A DNA stretch of 64,000 bases from Piromyces finnis finn (lineage: Eukaryota > Fungi > Neocallimastigomycota), in the NCBI GenBank assembly GCA_002104945.1, contig MCFH01000044.1:124001-188000 (forward strand), in the 5' to 3' direction. The notes beneath the pieces were generated by a model that had not been told where the DNA came from, made no database searches, and was given only the letters and a program-made list of their open reading frames with translations. Both the position numbers and the translations under genes were made by a program. Below are positions 48,535 to 64,000 of the stretch, piece after piece (the first letter of the stretch is position 1; each line of letters begins with the position of its first letter).

Positions 48535-50702
48535 TCAGTTGATTTTTTGTTCATCAAGGTTAATATTTTCTTCATAATCATCTATTCTATTAATTATATC
48601 TTCAATGTCTTTTTTTATTGAATTACCTTCTAAACTATGAATTGATTCTTGTTCATTTTTTTCAATTTGTATATCCTCTTTATCTTCATTATTCTTTAGT
48701 TTTTCATTTGACTCTATATTTTGTTCTGATTCTGGAGTAGTTTCTTCAACTATATTATTTTCCTCTTTTACTTCTTCTTTTACTTCTGGTTCTTCTTGAA
48801 CTTCTTCTTTTACTTGTTCCTCTTGAACTTCTTCTTGTACTTCTTGTTCTTCTTGAATTTCTTCTTTAACTTCTGGTTCCTCTTGAATTTCTTCTTTAAC
48901 TTCTTGTTCTTCTTGAATTTCTTCTTTAACTTCTGGTTCCTCTTGAACTTCTTCTTTTACTTCTGGTTCCTCTTGAACTTCTTCTTTTACTTCTGGTTCC
49001 TCTTGAATTTCTTCTTTAACTTCTGGTTCCTCTTGAATTTCTTCTTTAACTTCTGGTTCCTCTTGAATTTCTTCTTTAACTTCTTGTTCCTCTTGAACTT
49101 CTTCTTTTACTTCTTGTTCCTCTTTATTTTCTACTTGCACTTCTTTGATTTCTTCCTTTTCCACTTCTTGTTGCTGTTGATCTTTCTCTACTTTTTTATC
49201 TTCATTTTGGATTTCTTGTTCTTCATTCTCTTCTTTTTTAATAATAACAACTTCTTCATCAGAAACAGATGATGATTCTTCATTCTCATCTTTACATTTT
49301 GTTTCTTCTATTTTTTCTTCTATTTTTTCTTCTGCTTTTTCTTCTTTTTTAACTTCTGTTGATGGTTCAGCTGTCTCTTCTTTCTTTTCATCCTTATTCT
49401 CTACATCCTATTGATAAAATAATTATTTAAGAAAATTCAATAGTTAATAAAAATAATGTTATTATATATTATTAATTTCGCTTATTATATTTTATTTATT
49501 TTATTTCTATTATTGTCGTTGTTTTTTAATCGGGGATTGTTTATACTGATAATATAAAAACCATTAAAACATTTAACTAATAATATAAAAAATTATATAT
49601 TAATTCTTTTCTAATATTTTATAATTAAAAATGTTTGCTCCATTTACTATTGTTTCTTTATTACAATTATTGATAATATTAGTTTATATAATAAATGCTA
49701 TTATCTGTATAATATTTTATATTGAATAGTTTTTCAAGAAAAAAAAAAAAAAAAGAAGAAAGAAATATAAATCGTAATTATTATTATAATTATATGCATG
49801 TAGATATATGAATTTTGTAACTATTTTTTCCATATAGCAAAATACTCATACGTCAAAAATATAATTGTTTTTCATAATGATTTATATACAAATGAAATAT
49901 CATAAATTTGAAAACCCATTAAAATTCCAAATTTATCCCCATTGATAATTTTATATTTATATATATTTAAATTTTGTTATATCAATTATTGTCATTTATG
50001 AAATTAGTTTTTCTTATAACGTTATATTTTTTTATAATAATAATTATATATTTTTTAATCCTTGTCTTTATTTTTTTCTTTATCTAATTAATTATAATAT
50101 TGGATAATAATTTTTTAAATTGTTTTTTTTTTTTTTTTAAATGAATCTCATCCTTTTATGCATTTATAGTGTTGTTTATCAATATAATATACATAATGTT
50201 TATTTAATAACCTCAACTCTTAATGCTTGTACTACTTCACAAAATACTTCTTTCTGTTTACAATTAAATTTATAGGTAAATTTTAATTTAATATATTAAT
50301 AATATATAAAATTTTGTGGTTAATATAATTTTTAAATATGAAATTTTATAATGAACATAAATTTTAATAGTGATAAATTTTCTTATTTACGTTAATAGTA
50401 ATGTCTCCTTTAACATCATCTGTACCAATGTGATTACAATGCTATTTTTAATAGATAGAAATAAAAAATGATATAAAATGTTTTTATTATCATTGTTATT
50501 ATATTTATTGTTGATTAATTGATATAATTTTTAAACATATAAATAATATTTTAATTATTACAGTAAATGTATTTTTTAATGGTTCTCCAATAACAATTTT
50601 TTGGCTTTTAACCATCTTTCTAAAATTTTGCTTTTTCTTAAGGTCAGATTTTTTAAAGTTAGAATCATCTTTACTTTTCTCTGATGAAAATATATTACCC
50701 AT
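48535..50702 (-). CDS. N-myristoylation-motif protein with a spliced CRIB (Cdc42/Rac-binding) motif and a long Glu-rich repeat tail
   Basis: Phase-0 exons 50702-50562, 50441-50391, 50253-50212, 49407-48535. N-terminus MGNIFS; the exon 1/2 junction forms IGEPLKNTFT|HCNHIG. Confidence 0.7.
48772..49110 (-). repeat. Coding 30-bp tandem repeat (about 11 units, VKEE(I/V)QEE(P/Q)E)
   Basis: Repeated TTCTTCTTT(T/A)ACTTCT(G/T)GTTCCTCTTGAA unit on the + strand; matches the ORF-track translation. Confidence 0.9.
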
Positions 50703-51687
50703 TGTATTTGTGTATTATTATAAATATTCGTACGTATTTGCTTTATTGTTGTTTTGTAATGTTTTTTTTTTTAAAAAAAATAAATCAAATTATTAAAATA
50801 TCTAACATTATATTAACATTATATGGAATATAATTATTATAAAGAGAACATTTAATTATATATATATAAGATAAATTATTAATGAATATGTAGGATTATA
50901 TAAGATATTCAAACTATATTTCTTTTTTACCTATTTGATATTTATGAATAAAAATTATTATTCTCCGAACAATGAATGAATTTATTAATTACTATTAATG
51001 TTTGATATCGAATTACCAAAATATGTATATAATATTTGATTATAATACTACTGTTTCTTTTTCTTGTAGTTTAATATGGTACAAATAAATATCCAAAATG
51101 ATTAAATTATGATATATATATATATAAAGTGACCTGTTGAAATTATATTTAAAATTTAAATAGATTATATAAATGTATTAATTAATATTTTATCTTTATT
51201 AAAGAAAAAGGCTTGTTTTATACTATCTAATATTGTATATTGTATATTATATAATGCAAAATAAATATCATTTTATTATAATTTAATTTCCATGTATATA
51301 ACTCTATAATTCAATAATTAATAATAAATATCCAAATAGAATTTATATTTAAAGTTTTTATTTATTTCTCATTTCTATTAGATGTTATTGTAAAGAATGA
51401 ACTTTTTTTTTCCTTAATAAATACTGTAATGCCCATTTTTTATAATTGCTATTATTATTGTTGTTGTTATTATTTATTTATTTGAATATTAAGATATTAA
51501 AACAAAATATGTACTTTGAAATATTTATTAAACTTAGTATTCTAAAATATTGATAATATATATAATATTGATAATGAGTTTTTTATTTATTTCCATTAAT
51601 GTATTATTATTATTTAATTTTTCATTTGTTAACTTTTTATTATCTATGTTATTAAAAAGTGTTTGCAATTATATTTCTGTCTTTTAG

Positions 51688-51690
<3 letters not shown>

Positions 51691-51744
<54 letters not shown>
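51691..51744. repeat. Short (ATT)n microsatellite
   Basis: About 18 ATT units in the intergenic region. Confidence 0.85.
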
Positions 51745-52538
51745 TACTTTTTTAAAAATTTTAATATAAATTTTATTAAAAATTAGAAATGAAAAAACAT
51801 ATTAAAAAATGTTTAAAATAAATTATAAATATAATTAAAACATAAAAAAAAAGTTTTTTAGATACTTATTATTATTTATTTAATTAAAATTATATTCTAA
51901 TAATTAACTTTATTGTTTTATTATATAGAAATAAAAATTACTATAGTTTAAAATTACATTTATATTTTTAAATTTTAGTTGTTATTCCTTTATTATAATT
52001 ATTAAAAGTTAAAATGTTTAGAAAAAAATATTGATAATATTTATTGATTTTTGAGTTTATAAATAAAAAAAAAATGTTAATATATAATATATAAATAAAT
52101 ACAACAAAAAAAAATTTTAATATAAATTTTTAGATTTTATTTTTATTTATTATTTTTTATTTTCTGAAAAATATATATATATAAAGATAATGATGATAAA
52201 ATGTTTGAAAAATAAGGTTTCAAAAAAAAAAAAAAAAAGGACTTTATTATTATATATCATTAAAATTAAATCAATAATGTTATATTCAATAATATTTATC
52301 TGTATGAACATCAAATAATATAAATAATCTGTATAAATATTATAACCGCTTATTATGCTTAATAAGTCCTTTTCATTAATCTAATAATTTATATTAAATC
52401 TAAAAGTATAAATAATTATAGATAATTTAATTCTATCTTCTTTTATTATTTCAATAGCTTATATAATAATTATTAATGTAATATTTATCACTATATTTAT
52501 TTTAGTAACCAAGAGCATTTTCAGTTTGCTTATTAAAG

Positions 52539-52669
<131 letters not shown>

Positions 52670-52954
52670 GAATTTTTATTATTAATTATGATTGAAAAGT
52701 TTAAAACTTTAATTCTATTATTAAATACATGAATTATAATTATATAATTTTCATATATTAATAGTTTATTTATATTAAAAAATTACTAAAAATTGAACAA
52801 AAAATGTTAAGTATATACAGGAATACAGGAATAATAATAAGTAATAATAAAATATAATGAAAAAAGAAAAGGATTGATTAATATATATATTTTTTAGTTT
52901 AAATTAATTGAATATATGATATTATTATTTTAAAAAATATAATATTAATAATAT

Positions 52955-55351
<2,397 letters not shown>

Positions 55352-57055
55352 TTTTTAATATTTTTATTTTTTTATTGCTTGTAATTTATTAGGATATCTC
55401 TAAATATTTTTATAATATAAATATAAAATAATTACTAACAAATAAGATAAAAATAATAAAATAAACTTAATTTTTTAACAAAATATATATATATATGAAT
55501 ATCAGCAATCCAAAATTATAGATATTTAATCTAGTTAAAGTTTTATACTCCGATCGAAAATTAATTATTAAAAATTTTTTAAAAGTAAAAATGATTATAT
55601 AAATTTTAAAAATAACAAATCTATCTTTTTTAATTATTTCTAATTCTACTTTTGATTTTTACATGTTTAGAGTTTAAAATTATGTAATGTTCCACCAACC
55701 TATAATACTGTAAATTAATAATCCATAGTATTACAATAAAAAACTATAATATACAAAAATATATGCGGTATAACTTGCAATACTAAATGTTTTAATTAAC
55801 TTTAAAATAAATTCCAAAAAAAAAAAAATAAAAATAAAAATAAAATAAAATAAAAAAGGTTTAATTCATAGATGCCAATAATAAGGATAATGAAAACAAT
55901 ATATGATATATATGACTTTTTTTAATATTTTAATATATAATAATAAATCTTTTTTTTAATAAAATCAATCCTGTTATTGCTGAATTCTAATTGTAAAAGA
56001 TAAAGTTGATATATTAGAAAAAGTAAATTTTTATTTTTTATTGTTAAAAAAAATAAACAGAATTAACAGAATTTTAAAATATTTTTAAATTTACTGACAG
56101 AATTTTAGAATATTCAATAACACTTTAATATATTTAATATGCTTAAATGAAATTATAGGTTAGGTTTTAATAGTTTTAGATCCACAAGTAGAATATATAA
56201 GATAGTCATTCAAATATGATTGGCCCAGATCATATTATTTTTTATTAAATAAAATTTATTTTATTTTTTAAATTTTAAAATTTTCTTGGAGATTTTACAT
56301 TTAAATATTAAAGGAAGCTTAGTTAAAATATTTTAATATTATAAAATAAAACTATTTAAATTTATATTGTCATTAAATAATTAATAAAAATTAAAAAAAA
56401 AAAAAAAATATTAAAATATTTTAATAGTAAAGTTCCTTTATTTTTCTTTCAAGGATTCTTGATTAAGAATTTTGTGTTTTTTAAATAAAAAGTATTATTA
56501 ATTTTGTTTTTAATTTTTAAATTAAAAGTTAATATTTTTTAACTTTTTATAATAATAATAATAATAATAATGATAGTTGGAATAATATCAATATTAATAT
56601 CAATAACAACAATAATGTAGTATTAATTACTTTTATTATTATAATTATTTAAAATAAAATAAAAAATAATATTAAATTTCATATAATATATAAAATTTAA
56701 ACATTAAAATTTTGGGAATCTATATTGATGTTTCGTAATAAAATAAATAAATATTCTGTATATATATATATATATATTCTAAACATTCTAAATATTGTTA
56801 TAATTATACTAAAAATAAAATAATAAAAAAGGATATGAAAAATTTTTAATTTATAATTATTGAATTTTTAAAATTTTATATTAATAAAATATAAAAAGTT
56901 TTATTTCATATACTTATATTTATACTTTTTTTTCTTATTTATATTAAAAGAAGTATATTTAGTAATTATATATAAATATATACAGTTCAGTTCCATTGGA
57001 AAAATTTTTATATTTAGAATATATTATATTAAAACTGTAAAATAATAATTCAAAA

Positions 57056-63284
<6,229 letters not shown>

Positions 63285-63907
63285 ACCTTCAAGATAAAAT
63301 AAACAAATAAACAAATAAATATATATTATTATTTTTATATGTTCTTTAGTTTCTATTTTTTCGTTATTTATTTATTCATTTCATTACATTTACTTTTTTT
63401 TTTTTTTTTCTTAATATATAAAATTAAATTATAAATACAAATATATCATTAATAATATTATAGAATTAGAATTATTCTAATCAACTATTAGTATAAACTA
63501 TTTAATTTATTTTATAATATATATAAAAATAAGATAAAATAAAATAACCTTTTTTTTTTTTTTAAAAAAAAAAAAAGATGGACTTTGATTATATTTAAAA
63601 ATTCTTTTATTTATCTATTCATTTTTTCTTTTATACAATGATGAATTTTATAATATTATAAAAGTATAAGTTGAAGATTAAAATAAAATAAAAAAAAAAA
63701 AAAAAAAAAAAAAAATCTAAAAGTGTGGGTGAGAGAGAAAGAATATATGAAATAAACTAAAATTATAGTAATAATAATAATAACAATAACAATAATAAAT
63801 AGATTTACTATTATGTTAAAGTAAATAAAAATAACAATTAAAAAAAGTTTAAAAGAAATAAAAGATAATATATTTATTTATTTTAAAATTTGAAAAAATA
63901 ATTATTT

Positions 63908-64000
63908 CTATTTGCCCCAACCAAACTTCCAGCGTGAACTTTGTTGTGATTCATTATTATCAACATTACCAGCTTGATCTTCATTATATTCTACATTTTC
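63908..64000 (-). CDS. 3' end of an unidentified gene entering from the right edge
   Basis: Open frame ENVEYNEDQAGNVDNNESQQSSRWKFGWGK* ending in TAG at 63910-63908, with coding-like composition against AT-rich flank. Confidence 0.55.
   Translation of the reverse strand, partial: ENVEYNEDQAGNVDNNESQQSSRWKFGWGK

Noticed and set aside
48796-49272. 158-aa Phe/Leu-rich plus-strand ORF
   Set aside because: Antisense shadow of the Glu-rich tandem repeat.

Overview
Extremely AT-rich, intron-rich eukaryotic DNA. Gene content (fungal scaffoldin-like repeats, beta-helix/EGF class-C GPCR, CBM1 enzyme, flagellar proteins) points to an anaerobic gut fungus (Neocallimastigomycota); this is inference, not a database result. 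By manual splicing I can support 15 protein-coding genes: scaffoldin-like protein (partial), RhoGAP-like protein, GPCR, LCL2, NTF2, CFAP52, a Cys-rich GPI-type surface protein, an IBB-less importin-alpha paralog, GDP-L-fucose synthase, casein kinase I, CBM1-CE4 deacetylase, a myristoylated CRIB/acidic-repeat protein, ROPN1L, exportin-4 and the 3' end of an unknown gene. Many ORF-track entries are microsatellite or antisense artefacts. The most unexplained element is a GC-enriched, self-complementary, intron-containing island at about 45.44-45.72 kb with no credible ORF. It is a candidate structured ncRNA with partial RNase MRP-like and telomerase-core-like features. Exon boundaries are hand-derived from GT-AG signals and frame continuity.
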